64,000 nucleotides of DNA, from positions 71,811,194-71,875,193 of the forward strand of contig NC_068985.1 in NCBI RefSeq assembly GCF_001194135.2, read 5' to 3'. The notes under the pieces are model-generated. The model searched no databases and was not told where the DNA came from. It worked only from the letters and a program-made list of their open reading frames with translations. Origin of the DNA: Octopus bimaculoides (Eukaryota). A program made the position numbers and the translations under genes. Shown piece after piece: positions 1 to 11,499 of the stretch. Positions within the stretch are counted from its first letter, which is position 1; each line of letters starts with the position of its first letter.

Positions 1-103
1 GTTGTGGGGTACATTCTTCGCCAGGGTAGGTTTTGGCATTTATAAGCCGCCCTCTTTCCCTATTTCTGGCGAGGATGTAGTCGATTTGGCTAGAGTGTCT
101 GCA
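1..103 (-). mobile_element. RTE-clade LINE fragment, end of AP-endonuclease domain
   Basis: Minus-strand translation reads HSSQIDYILARNRERGRLINAKTYPGEECTPQ, matching the RTE endonuclease motifs SQIDYIL and GEEC..QH; runs off the window edge. Confidence 0.75.
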
Positions 104-680
104 CACATATACACATATATATACATATTCAGTCATCCATGTTTTTCTATCTTTACATTGGTTAGATGAATGTGTTGTTGAGGTATTGTTCACTTCCCAA
201 GCACAGACATAAATAAGTGTTCAAATCATGATCCCTTCACTTGACTTTCATGAAAGGAGCTAAGAATACGAAGACAGTCAAGTCACACAGTTAGATCACT
301 TTCTTTCTTTTTTTTTTTTCTTTGTTCTTCTTTTCCATTTCCCTAGCCTTGAGTAGATATATGATGAATTCATTTCCAGCCATAACTATCTCAAACTTAA
401 CACATCATTCTGCATGACCCACCTGTATAACCAACTTTAATGCCTTTGTGTGCTTAGTTCTTCTCAAATAAGTCAACTGAAAGGATCAAGATTTGAACAC
501 CTATTTCAGTTTTGTTTACAGAAGTGCTTGATTTTCTTCATTAACAATTTTTCTCACCCAAGAAGTGTTCAAAAACACAACTAAATGTCACTGACCAAAA
601 GTGTGTTTATATCACTGCCAAATGTGTGTTTAGATATTTCTGATTTATATATACACTGCATAACAATTTGGCTGTCTCTC

Positions 681-699
681 GTGTGTATGTGTGTGTGTG

Positions 700-746
<47 letters not shown>
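681..746. repeat. Compound (TG)n(TA)n microsatellite
   Basis: Read directly. Representative of dozens of (TA)n, (CA)n, (GA)n tracts, e.g. 4478-4548, 26500-26690, 33836-34030, 37345-37700, 43260-43360. Confidence 0.95.
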
Positions 747-748
<2 letters not shown>

Positions 749-1107
749 CTTGTACAGGAGAGTGTAGTTAGATGTCGATATCTCACTTCCCCGTTATCTA
801 TGGATTTATATACAATTCTACATCTCTGATATATACACACATAGCTACATATGTCCTTATAGAGTGAAGGCTCATATGTGTTTATATACATTCCTTTTGT
901 AAAAAGGTTACATACTAACTTGTGCACGCACACACACACACACACAAAGAGAGAGAGAGAGAATGAAGTATGTGTGTGTGCATATGTATGTATAAAAACA
1001 CATACACACACATTTCTTTCGAGTATATTTATTTAAATAGATTCCATTATATAGAAAGATTTTATAGTCTCAAATTACTTCCGGGAGTTTTCAAGCATTT
1101 TTTTGCC

Positions 1108-1235
1108 ATTCTGTTATTATTATTATTATCATTATTATTATTTTTATTATTATTATTATGATTATTATTATTATTATCGTCATCATCAACATCATTGGTG
1201 TTGTTGTTGCTGTTGTTGTTGTGTTTGTGTTTGTG
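1108..1235. repeat. Compound (TTA)n/(TCA)n/(TTG)n microsatellite
   Basis: Read directly; it produces the poly-L and poly-N ORFs in the track. Confidence 0.9.
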
Positions 1236-1662
1236 AATGGGTGGGTTGAAGGTTGTTTGCAGTTTCCTCCCTGTTACACACACACCACCCACTCTTGTCT
1301 TTCTTATTAATTTCTTCTCTTTATAATTTGAAAACATTAATGCCTAATATTTCATATAGAGAGAAACTAATTTATATTGGCTGTAAGGGGTAAGGTGGAA
1401 ATGGGAGGGTAAGCAATGAGAAGAAAACAAAATGGAGGAAAGCAGTGTGTATGTATGTATATATATATGAATGGATTAAAGCTGTTTCTATGAGTACACA
1501 TATAGACACACGTGTATATTTTATGTATATGCACACACAAACGTATATGCATGTATGTATATGTGTGTGTGTTTGCATGTGTAAATGACTGTGCATGTGT
1601 GTGTGCGTGCTCAAAACTACATTTTCTTATAATGTTACACATTAAAAGGAGAATGAAAGCAT

Positions 1663-2075
1663 AGGCATAGCTATGTGGTAAGAAGCTTGCTTTCCAACCA
1701 CATGGTTCTGGGTTCAGTCCCACTGCATGGCACCTTGGGCAAGTGTCTTCTACTATAGATTCAAGCCAACCAAAGCTTTGTAAAAGGATTTGGTTGACAG
1801 AAACTGAAAGAAGCTTGTTGTACATATGTGTGTGTATCTTTGTATTTGATTGAAACCTCTTGACCACCACCAACACCACCACCACTTAATAACTGGTGTT
1901 GGTGTGTTTACATCCCTGCAACTTAGCAGTTCAGCAAAAGGAACTGATAGACTAAGTACTAGGCTTTAAAAAAGAAGTAACGGAGTTGATTCATTCGACT
2001 AATGATCCTTCAGGGTGGTGCCCCAGCATGGCTACAGTCTAGTGACTGAAATAAGTAAAAGATAAAAAATAAAAG
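1663..2075 (+). mobile_element. SINE family A (tRNA head, CORE-like centre, internal microsatellite)
   Basis: A-box-like gctatgtggtaa, B-box-like gggttcagtccc, centre caccttgggcaagtgtcttctactatag, tail gactgaaataagtaaaagataaaa; repeated many times in the window. Confidence 0.85.
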
Positions 2076-2121
2076 ATATACATATGTTAAAGTTGAATGT
2101 ATAGACTTATATACACACATG

Positions 2122-2480
2122 GGTGCAGGTATTACGTTGTATGTTTAAGAAGTTCAGTTTGCAACCACAGGGTTTCTGGTTCAGCCTCATTGCACAGTAT
2201 CTTGGGGCAAATGTCCTTTATTACAGCCCAGTGCCAACTGATGCCTTGTGAATTAATTTTGGAGATGGAAACTGTGTGAAAGCCCATCATTCATGCATGT
2301 CTCTGTCTGTATTTTCACCACCACCCCACACACACACACTGCTTGACAACTGGTATTGGTTTATTTACATCCATGTAACCTAGTTGTTTGGCAAAAGTAC
2401 CAGTGGAATATGTACCAAACTTAGAAATAAGAATGAGTAGTGGGGTCAGTATGTTTGACTGAAACAGTTAAAAGATAAGA
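2122..2480 (+). mobile_element. SINE family A, diverged copy
   Basis: Colinear with the 1663-2075 copy (gtttctggttcagcctcattgc ... gcttgacaactggtattggtttatttacatcc). Confidence 0.7.
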
Positions 2481-2484
2481 CATA

Positions 2485-2712
2485 ACCTCTTTATACTTGT
2501 TTCAATCATGCGAGTGTGGCCATGCTGGAACACCGTTTGGAAGAATTTTTAGTCAATTGAATTAACCTCCAGTAGTTTTTTGTTTATTTACTTTTTAAGC
2601 CTGGTACCTATTCCATTGATCACTCTTGCCAAATTGCTAAGTTACAGGATTGTCAATTCTCCAGCACCAGCTGTCAAGCAGTGGTGGGTGACAAATACAA
2701 AGGCACACACAT
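2485..2712 (-). mobile_element. SINE family A, 3' half, inverted and abutting the previous copy
   Basis: tacttgtttcaatcat..gtggccatgctgg..ttgctaagttac..ctgtcaagcagtggtggg is the reverse complement of the family A tail. Confidence 0.7.
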
Positions 2713-3496
2713 ATAGCTCTAATCTCTCATCATCCTTTATTCTTAATGTGAGGGGTCAGGTACCTTCCTAATAGAAAGAATTCTACCTGCCCCATCCTCC
2801 CATACTTAAACTTCTCATCACTGAGCATAAAACCCTTCAAATCTTGGGGTTCATATTTTTACAAGCTGAATGGTGGAACTCACTAATGCTGGTGGCATGA
2901 AAAAAAAAAAAAGATGCAATACATGCTGAGAAATGGTTGACATTAGGAAGGGCATCTAACCATATAAACATGCCAAAATGGACATTGGAGTACAATCCAA
3001 TATTTGGATCCCTCAGAAACTGTCGAATCATGCAACTCTTGTCAACTTTGTTTTGTGGACAGGAGAATGTTTCTAAACAAAGCACACTATGTGTGGATGC
3101 TGCCCTCATGAATAGAAATTCGTATTAGTAATGTGGTCAGCCCTATTTTCATTGTGGAGAATAACAGACATATTCAAAAGTGCGCGTGCACACACACACA
3201 CACACATGTATGTGCATATATTCATGTACATATATTAAAAATACAATCCCCAGTACATAATTTCCATTAAAGGAATCCTTTCACACAGAATGATATTTTA
3301 GGGTTAATTTATTGGTTGTGGAGTAAGTCCAAGAATGGAGCGTATGGTAGCATATATACTCCTTCAACACAATTGTTTCAACAATACATGACTCAGATAC
3401 ATCATCATCATCACCATCATCATTTAACATCTGTTTTCCATGCTGGCATGGGTTGGAAAACTTGTAAAAAGATGTAAGTTATATTGGTTTCAAATT

Positions 3497-3700
3497 AAGG
3501 CTCAAGGCCAGAAATTTTGAGGAAGAGGTCAAGTTGATTACATCAACCCTCATGTTCAACTGGTACTTATTTTATTGACCATGAAAGGATGAAAGGTAAA
3601 GTCAGCTTTAGTGGAATTTGAACTCAGAACTTGAAGACAGATGAAATACCACTAAGCATCTCGCTTAGCATGCTAACAATTCTACCAGCTTCCTGCCTTG
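3497..3700 (-). mobile_element. SINE family B (tRNA head, Meta-domain-like centre)
   Basis: caactggtacttattttattgacc..gaaaggatgaaagg..ggaatttgaactcagaac is the reverse complement of the B-box gttctgagttcaaattcc plus the gcctttcatcctttcgg centre. The Meta-domain assignment is from memory. Confidence 0.8.
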
Positions 3701-3854
3701 CTTTAGTACATTATATTACAGCATCCTACATGTGATCTATGTCTATCTCGTCAATACTGTTTCTTATTCCCCTACCCCTTCTCACAGACACCAAGACACA
3801 CATATAGATATATGTATATATAATATATATTTATATATACATACATATATATGT

Positions 3855-4427
3855 AGGCACAGGCATGGCTGTGTGGTAAGATGCTTGTTTCCCAACAACA
3901 AGGTTCCAGGTCCAGTCCCACTGCATGACACCTTGAGGAAGTATCTTCTGCTATAGCTTCAGGCTGACTGAAGCTTTGTGAGTGGATTTGATAGATGGAA
4001 ACTGAAAGAAGCTTATTGTATGTATGTATATATATATATGTACATATCTGAGTGGTTGGCGTTAGGAAGGGCATCCAGCTGTAGAAACTCTGCCAAATTA
4101 GATTGGAGCCTGGTGTTGCCATCCGGTTTCACCAGTCCTCAGTCAAATCGTCCAACCCATGCTAGCATGGAAAGCGGACGTTAAACGATGATGATGATGA
4201 TGATGATCTATGTGTTTGTGTATATGTTTGTCCCCCAACACTGCTTGACAACCGCTGTTGGTGTGTTTACCTCCCCGTAACTAGGCAGTTTGACAATTGA
4301 GACTGATAGAATGAGTGCTAGGCTTAAAAATAAGCCCTGCAGTCGATATGTTCATCTAAAACCCTTCAAGGCGGTGCTCCAGTATGGTCACCGTCAAATG
4401 ACTGAACAAATAAAAGAATAAAAGAAT
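3855..4427 (+). mobile_element. SINE family A interrupted by an RTE 3' tail
   Basis: Head ggcatggctgtgtggtaag at 3861 and tail aaataaaagaataaaagaata at about 4410-4427; foreign segment 4047-4206 lies in the internal (TA)n. Confidence 0.85.
4047..4206 (+). mobile_element. Young RTE LINE 3' end with (GAT)n tail
   Basis: gagtggttggcgttaggaagggcatccagctgtagaaact...ggaaagcggacgttaaacgatgatgat is homologous to the 3' end (49080-49244) of the RT-bearing RTE at 47701-49244. Confidence 0.9.
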
Positions 4428-4777
4428 ATACATTTATGTGTATATTATATATTTATATATAAATATCTGTTAATATGTATGTGTGTGTGTCTGTGTGTGT
4501 GTGTCTGTGTGTGTGTGTGTCTGTGTGTGTGTGTCTGTGTGTGTGTGTATATTTTAGTATATATATGTATATTAATATACATTTTATATGAATATTTGTA
4601 TATATTTATAAAATAGATGTTTATAGATATATGTCATTTATATGCTGTTATATATGTACATGCATGCCTATGCATATATATATATATATGTGTGTGTGTG
4701 TATGTTGTTATGGTGGTAATAACAAACTGTGTAATGTAATTGATCATATGTTTCAATGAATCAATGAGATTACTTAC

Positions 4778-4887
4778 ATCAAAGCAAACATCACAATGAT
4801 AACACAGAGAATGGAAATATAATTATCAAATAAATTTTTTGCACCGATTACAAGACAGAATGTCTTTAGTTGCAGTATTTGTTGCAT
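4778..4887 (-). CDS. Candidate first coding exon (hydrophobic N-terminus), unverified
   Basis: ATG at 4887 gives MQQILQLKTFCLVIGAKNLFDNYISILCVIIVMFAL plus 2 nt, followed by donor GTAAGT (acttac at 4772-4777). No downstream partner exon found. Confidence 0.22.
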
Positions 4888-5479
4888 AGCAGTGCAGCAG
4901 ATATTTATATTCTTGATTTACATAAAAGAGTTTTTTTGTTTATTTATTGTTTCGTTTTGTTAATATTATTGTTCATGTTGTTTCATGTCTTTTCTCTCTG
5001 CTTCATTTTCTCTCTCTCTCTCTCTCTCTCTCAAATATTTGGAACAAAAGCTTGAACAGAATTGTATAGTTTCATTTATGTAGTTGCAATGCATGTAAAT
5101 GCAGGTACTTGTGTATATATATATACTTTGTGCCCTACTGATGTGTGTGTGTGTGTACACGTTTTGGAAAATGACTATTCTTTCTCCCACCCACGTTGTT
5201 GCTGTACTTCTTCCTGTGCTCGTTAGTATGTGTGTATATGTTGGCATATGCTTTAATATCCTTATGTATGTGTGTGTATGTATCTATTAATATTTCTATA
5301 TTTATACTTATATGTGAAAATGCACACTTATTTGCCTTCACACATGCATGCATGCACACACATGTGCATGCGAAAATTGTACCAAAAGTACTGAAAAAGT
5401 GGGCATAACTTTTTCATTAACTGATAGAAGTTGTTCAAATTGCACATGTTCATAGTGTAACTTTTCCTCTATAGTAAGT

Positions 5480-6460
5480 CTGCTTCTTTGTTGCAGGCAA
5501 ATAAAGGGTTTCCAAAGCCATGTTCCACATTTGAGTTCTTAATGCTGTTCAATACACACAGAAAGCTACACATCTGTGGAGATGCCATCACTGACAAGGA
5601 CAATATGCACTGATGGATGAAGAATATTGTACAAAGTGGGAAACTAGCACTGCAGACAAATTATGCAGTCAAAGACTATCAACAGTAACTACTTTCAAGA
5701 AGTGTGAATTCGTAGTTTGTAAGAGTTGGTTTTCTAGTAATGATGGTGTTTATGTTGTTAACGAGTGATTTTGTGACAGATTTTCTATCTCTCCATCATG
5801 TCTCATTGCCTTCAATTTGGGGTCACCTGTATTTTTGCCTTTTCTCTCTGACAAGGGCCTTTTGAAATGATTTCATTATGCCTTCATCTCCTGATGAAGC
5901 TTTTGATTTTGTGAAGCCTAAGCTAGAAGAAATAAGCAGTTGTGAGTTTAATTCTGTGCTGGAGGACATGTTGCTTTCTCTGCCCCACTGTGGGACAGGA
6001 AGCTTGGACATAGTCTTAATTCTCATGCACAAAACATTTCCGTTTTCTGCTCTCTACTACTACCAGCATCTGCTTGCATTCACCAAAATGGAAAAAAATG
6101 AGGAATGTGAGCAACTTCTTTTGAGGCGAGGAATTCAATTAGAATCCCACTTCTATTAAGTTGAGGAGTGAATTTCATCTCCACAATTTCCCCATGTTTC
6201 TTCAGGATGGCAAAAACTCTTACTGGATCATTGTGAGCCAGCATGTTTTTAGCTGGAGGTGGTGGCAGCAGCAGAGGAGGAGGAGCAGGAAGAAAAAGAA
6301 CAGATTTAAAGATAGAACATCTCCAAAAATCATTGTTGCTTGGTTCTGCAAGAGTTCTCTACATAGTTTTTGAAATATGATCAGTAAACAAGTGTCACCT
6401 TAGTTTGCTGGTTGTGGGCAGCTCTGACACTTTCCATCATACCCAGCAAAATAAAGCTGA
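5480..6460 (-). mobile_element. Heavily decayed retroelement ORF1/gag-like remnant (RRM-like plus zinc-knuckle-like)
   Basis: Minus frames give VRVFAILKKHGEIVEMKFTPQLNRSGILIEF (RRM-like) and RKRKCFVHEN*DYVQASCP (degenerate CX2CX4HX4C, about 6040-5990), with stops and frameshifts. Confidence 0.4.
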
Positions 6461-6488
6461 GAGTTTTCATGATATACTACTTTCTAAA

Positions 6489-6704
6489 GCAGCGAGCTGG
6501 CAGAAACATTAGCACATCAGGTGAAAAGCTTAGCGGTATTTCGTCTATCTTTGCGTTCTGAGTTCAAATTCCGTTGAGGTTGACTTTGCCTCTCATCCTT
6601 TCGGAGTCGATAAAGTAATTACTAGTTGCATACTGGGGCTGATCTAATCGACTGGCCCCCTCCCCCAAAATTTCAAGCCTTGTGCCTAGAGTAGAAAAGG
6701 ATAT
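6489..6704 (+). mobile_element. SINE family B, well-preserved copy
   Basis: gagctggcagaaacattagcac...gttctgagttcaaattcc...catcctttcggagtcgataaag...gccttgtgcctagagtagaaaagg; CpGs largely retained. Confidence 0.9.
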
Positions 6705-6705
6705 A

Positions 6706-6909
6706 ATACTTTCTTATTTTGGCACAAGTCCAGTAATTTCAATGGGAGGGATTAGTTGATTGCATTGACCCCAGTGTTCAACTGGTATTTATTTTATTGA
6801 CCTTGAAAGGATGAAAAGTAAAGTTGACCTCAATAGGATTTGAACTCTGAACATAAAGAGCCTGAAGAAGGCTGCCAAGACTTTTGCCTGACATACAAAC
6901 AATTCTCAA
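6706..6909 (-). mobile_element. SINE family B, inverted and tail-to-tail with the previous copy
   Basis: ggcacaagtccag...gaccccagtgttcaactggta...gaaaggatgaaaag...ggatttgaactctgaac. Confidence 0.8.
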
Positions 6910-8299
6910 TAACGATGTTAATATTTTCCCATTAATACGTCTATACTATTTCGATAATACATTGATATATATGTCTTGTTCAAAAATATATTGACATTAT
7001 TATATGTTATACATCAGAATATGCTGTCCTATATTGACTGTCAAAGGCCAATGGGGAAAAATATCTTCAAATGTTAAGTTCAGACATAAAACTCTCGATT
7101 AAAAATCCCCATGAATGCTATCAATATCCTTCCATTTCTCTCACCATCTACTCCATACATGTTCTACTTATTCATTAATTCTACTTTCTCAGAATATATA
7201 AATATATACATACATATATATGTATATACATATATACACATATATATAGAATTTACTAGTTTGTGTGTGTCGTGTTCCTCCCCAATTTCTTCACAGTGGT
7301 TTATACATAAGAAAGCAAGTCTATTATACTACATCTTATATACATAGTTTGATCACTTAAACTTCACTGAAAACGTTGTGTCATGTCTGGTTTGTGAGCA
7401 GAGAAAAGTTGACATGAAATCAATTGTCTAGGACAGGTCAATCGATAAATGTGTCCATTATCCTATGTACCAGCAGATGAACAAAAACCGCTGTGTAATC
7501 ATTGATATGGATCCATAGAAATCTTGATCATCCATCTACTAATGGTTATTATATATGCCATCATGGAATTCTTTTGTTGTATAATTAGTGGAGTTTGTAT
7601 AGAAAAGGCTTATTTGGAGTTAATTGGAAGAAGAAAAGAAGGTTTTGTGGTCAACAAAGTATGTGTACGTGTGTGTTTGTGTGTATATACTTGTCTGATT
7701 CATAAAAATAAATTGTGAGACATTGACTTTCTGAATAACACCCTGTCGATTCATTCAGAAGTGACGTTGAAAACTGATGGGAAAGACAGAACAAAAATCA
7801 ATAAGGAGGATAAAGATGAAGATGATGATAATAATAATGATATTGATGATGATGACGATTTCTTACATAGGCACATAATACATAAGCAAAGAATAAAGAA
7901 AAAGAAATGCAATTAGTAGTTTATCTTTCTAGGTTTATTTTTACTTTTCCATACAAGGTGCAGTGTTGTTATGGCATCATCTTATTTCTTATATATCTCA
8001 TTGTAAGCATTGTCATCATCACCATCACCACCACCACCACCATAATTTTTTATTTTGTATTTTCCTTCCTCCTTTCTTGGCATGGTTTGGATTTTTTTTT
8101 CTTTTTTCTTGTTTCTGTTTCAGTATATTTTCCTTTTGGTATCTTTAAACCTGTGAATCAATCTGCAAAGTTCAGCATTTTCAGATTTGTTCCATCAACA
8201 AGAATTGGTACAACACAACTAGGGAGCTTCTACATTGTCACCCCCACCCCACCCCCACCCACACACACAATTACTGGTAAAAGCAGCTGAAATTGCCAA

Positions 8300-8780
8300 A
8301 TCTTTCTCAGATTATAAGTTTTTGACTTGGAAAACAAGAAATATTAGATAATATTGTTCTGGAGGAAAACGACAATGGTCATTGCTGGAATGGTTACATT
8401 TTGATTTTACTTGATCAGAGCTGACATGGAGCTCAATTATTATACTAAAAGTGAAAATTTGAAAGATATGAGCAGAGAGTTGATGTTCTGGAAAGGAAGG
8501 ACTGGATGTAGTCATTAGTGTGGGGGTGGAGTGGCATGAACACAAAATGGCTAATGAATGCAGAAGAGACAAGTACCTGACTGGAGGTGATATGAGAGCA
8601 GCTTGTTCCACGGAGCAAAATCCATTGTTGTAGCTGTAGAAAAGTCAAAGGAAAGAGCCTAAGCTGGAGCATATTCCAGGAGTGGTTTTATGCTAATCAG
8701 TCAAGTGTACTTTGTCTGGATGCAGTATAAGATGCTAATGTGTACAACAGCAGTATCATCCTACATGTGGGAGAAATGTT
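8300..8780 (-). mobile_element. CR1/L2-like LINE 3' remnant
   Basis: Minus strand carries cgttttcctccagaacaa...tcttgttttccaag, resembling the SFFPRT..LWNSLP..VFP C-terminus; similar to the + strand piece at 56260-56470. Confidence 0.45.
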
Positions 8781-8924
8781 TCATTAAAGGTCTTATCAGA
8801 GTTTTCTAAGCAGTAATTATTGGAAGCTGAGATATTTTGTGGATCTGAAGAAAAGGGCCATTTTGGAAGGGATGTTCTTAAAATGTATGTTCACCAAGAA
8901 GAAACCTCAGTAATACTGAGTAAG

Positions 8925-9140
8925 GCAGCAAACTTGCAGAATTGTTAGCATCCTGGTAAAATGATTAGTGACATTTTGCCCATCCCTAGGTTCTGAGCTC
9001 AAACTCCACCAAGATCCACTTTGCCTTTCATCCCCTCCAAAGTCAATAAGATATGTACCAGTGGAGTACTAGGGTCAATATAATCAACTTAATTCCATCC
9101 TGAAATTGCTGGCCTTGTGCCAAAATTCGAAACCAGTATT
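8925..9140 (+). mobile_element. SINE family B
   Basis: gcagaattgttagcatcc...gttctgagctcaaactcc...ttgcctttcatccc...ggccttgtgccaaaattcgaaacc. Confidence 0.75.
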
Positions 9141-9809
9141 GAGTTCTAGTGTCACTTGCATACTGCTAACTTGTAAGTGTTGGGGTATATAGAATATATA
9201 ATTTGTATGTCTGCATGAAGAGTATTTTTTAACAATACTAATATTTAAGAAGAAATGGAATCAAATAATAACAATGAAAAATAAAATAGAAAATCATGCA
9301 AAATTTCTGAAGCAAAAAGCTAATTTTAAAAATTTCAAAAAAGGAAGAAAAAAAAAAGAGCATATATCAAACAATAGACAGGTTTACTTTTTTTCTTCTT
9401 TTTGGTGAAGCAGATCACACTAGTTCTTAAATTCCTCAACTATCTCTCTCACAACCTTCTTTTATTCTGGGGTTTTTTTTCTCATTTTTGTCTTCTCTTT
9501 ACTTTATTTCTTTGTTTTTCTCCTCCTACATATTTTTTTCTCATGACATTAATTTAATTAGTGGGAATTTAATCCTCAGATTAATGCTTTAATGAAAATT
9601 TTGGATATTTCTTTAGTTATGAGATATTATAATGTACTGGAAAAAAAAAAGAAAATAATCTTTTATAGTAAAGGTTGGTTTCTTGTAATTCTGAATTATT
9701 AATAGTAAGAAGGAATAGCTAAACAATTAAAGAAAGATTTTAAATCAATTTCTGCTGGAAAAATGCTGATGGTTATAAATATCTGCAAGCTCTGAAAAAA
9801 GAACTACCA

Positions 9810-10173
9810 CCACCATCATCATCATTTAATGTCCATTTTCCATGTTGGCAAGAGTTGAACAGTTTGCGAGGGACTGGTAAGCCAGGGGACTGTGCCAAGC
9901 TCTACTGTCAGATTTAGCATGATTTCTATAGCTGAATGCTTTTCCTTATGTCAACTGTTTTACAGATTGTACTCAGTGCTTTCTTCATGACAACCAACAC
10001 TGACAAGGTCACCTGGTAATTTGCATGAGGACAAAAACCACTCAACTGAGAGCAGGGTCATGTTGCGGTTGGTGGCTTCATTCCAAATGATGAGAGGTTA
10101 GAGTATGACAGAGAAACAGAAACAGATGTTTTGCCGTAGAGGAAATACATGGCTACCCAAGTTGAGAGAAGGC

Positions 10174-10215
<42 letters not shown>

Positions 10216-11170
10216 GGTGGTGGTGAAGATGTGCCAAGGCATACCTTCAAGGTACAAGGAAGTGAATATAAGTGTTGTGTGGTGCAGAGGATTGGATAGG
10301 CTGAGTGAGCAGAGAGTTCGCAAGAGCACAAAAGGAGAAAGGGAGAGAGAGGAGAGGAAAAGGGGAATGCAGTGAGTGTGTGAACACAGGTGTATGGAGG
10401 AGGGGCAGAGTAGCAGTGATGCAGTTGGCAAAGGGGAGGACAGGAGAGCAAAATGATTAGAGTGATGTTGGGTTACAACAACAGGGAGGTGGGAGGGGTG
10501 GGCATAGTGCATGAAGAGATGTAGTTTGGGTCATTGGGGGTGGAAGGATTACTGTAATGTGTCTGTGGAGAACACATAATACTCAGCACTGGACAGGTCT
10601 TTTGAAGAAGCTCATAATGCCAGACATCTTAATCCATTGTCATCTCCCATGAGGCTCAACATCTTGCATGTTCATTGTTTACTCAGGGCACTCCTATGAA
10701 ATATCTACACACATCTCCTGTATACCAGAGCATGTCTATTTTCCTGATGGCGTCAGGGTCTTGTCTCCTTATTTTATAACTTTTGTTTATGTAAAGTTTA
10801 TTTTAAGATCCTTCAATTCCAGGTTGGACTTCCATGTCTGGAATTTCTGTTTGACCTTTTACAATTCAAATTACTCTTAATGCCTATTTGTGTAATTAAT
10901 TCTTTTGAATTAATTATGTATTATCTCGTAGCTTCAAGATTTTGATGATGTGATAATTTATTTTCAAGATGACATTGCAGGATAGGTGTGAGAGACCAGA
11001 TCTGGTCACTCTGAACATAAAACGGAAAATATTTTGGCTGGATATGGTCAGTTTAAATGTACAAGGTTTATATACTTTTATAGATTCAGCTATTAGAACT
11101 AAATCATCGGCATACAGGAGTTCCCAAGGACAGCAGGTTCTAAATTTCTATATTACAACTTGAATAATTG
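9810..11170 (-). mobile_element. Old RTE LINE 3' portion (RT motif to (CAT)n tail), split by a MITE
   Basis: 11085-11165 reads FRTCCPWELLYADDLVLIAESI on the minus strand; 10640-10860 continues KFQTWKSNLELKDL; 9810-9960 is the 3' UTR/tail. Confidence 0.7.
10860..11070 (+). mobile_element. piggyBac-like MITE, eroded termini, nested in RTE
   Basis: Internal sequence (gatgacattgcaggataggtgtgagagaccagatctgg...ggatatggtcagtttaaatg) is colinear with the intact copy at 26101-26328. Confidence 0.7.
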
Positions 11171-11338
11171 TATTATACATGATAAAGTCACAAATATGCA
11201 ATATCTTGAGTTGAAGAATTTTGTTTGACTGAAATTATTTGTACAATTAACAGGTAATGTATCCCTCTAGGGTTGTTTCAGATTTAAAAACAAGCAATGG
11301 AAATTAATCTAGTAACATTAAATAATCCGGACTTTTAG

Positions 11339-11421
11339 AAAATAAGGACTATGCACTTAAGAACTTGTCTTTAAAGCCAAATGGTGAAAGCAAAGGGCAT
11401 GCTTTGGTCTCATTTGATGAA
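11339..11421 (+). CDS. Candidate internal exon with an RNP1-like motif, unverified
   Basis: acttttag|AA AAT AAG...GAT GAA|gtatgt encodes NKDYALKNLSLKPNGESKGHALVSFDE; short polypyrimidine tract. Confidence 0.18.
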
Positions 11422-11499
11422 GTATGTATAGAAAAGAGGGAAAGTAATATTGGGAATTATGAATAGTCTTAGGAAAATTATACTTCATGAAATATTCTG

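Noticed and set aside
1090-1275. Poly-Q/poly-N exon as downstream partner of the 4778-4887 exon
   Set aside because: The acceptor gtgtgtaacag lacks a pyrimidine tract, and the phase-matched frame stops after about 25 codons inside microsatellite.
1663-1760. tRNA gene calls at SINE heads
   Set aside because: A/B-box-like motifs run straight into repeated SINE bodies; no complete cloverleaf or terminator is evident.
5878-6159. 93-aa + strand ORF that looks like a normal protein
   Set aside because: It is antisense to the decayed ORF1-like remnant and has no recognisable motif or splice support.
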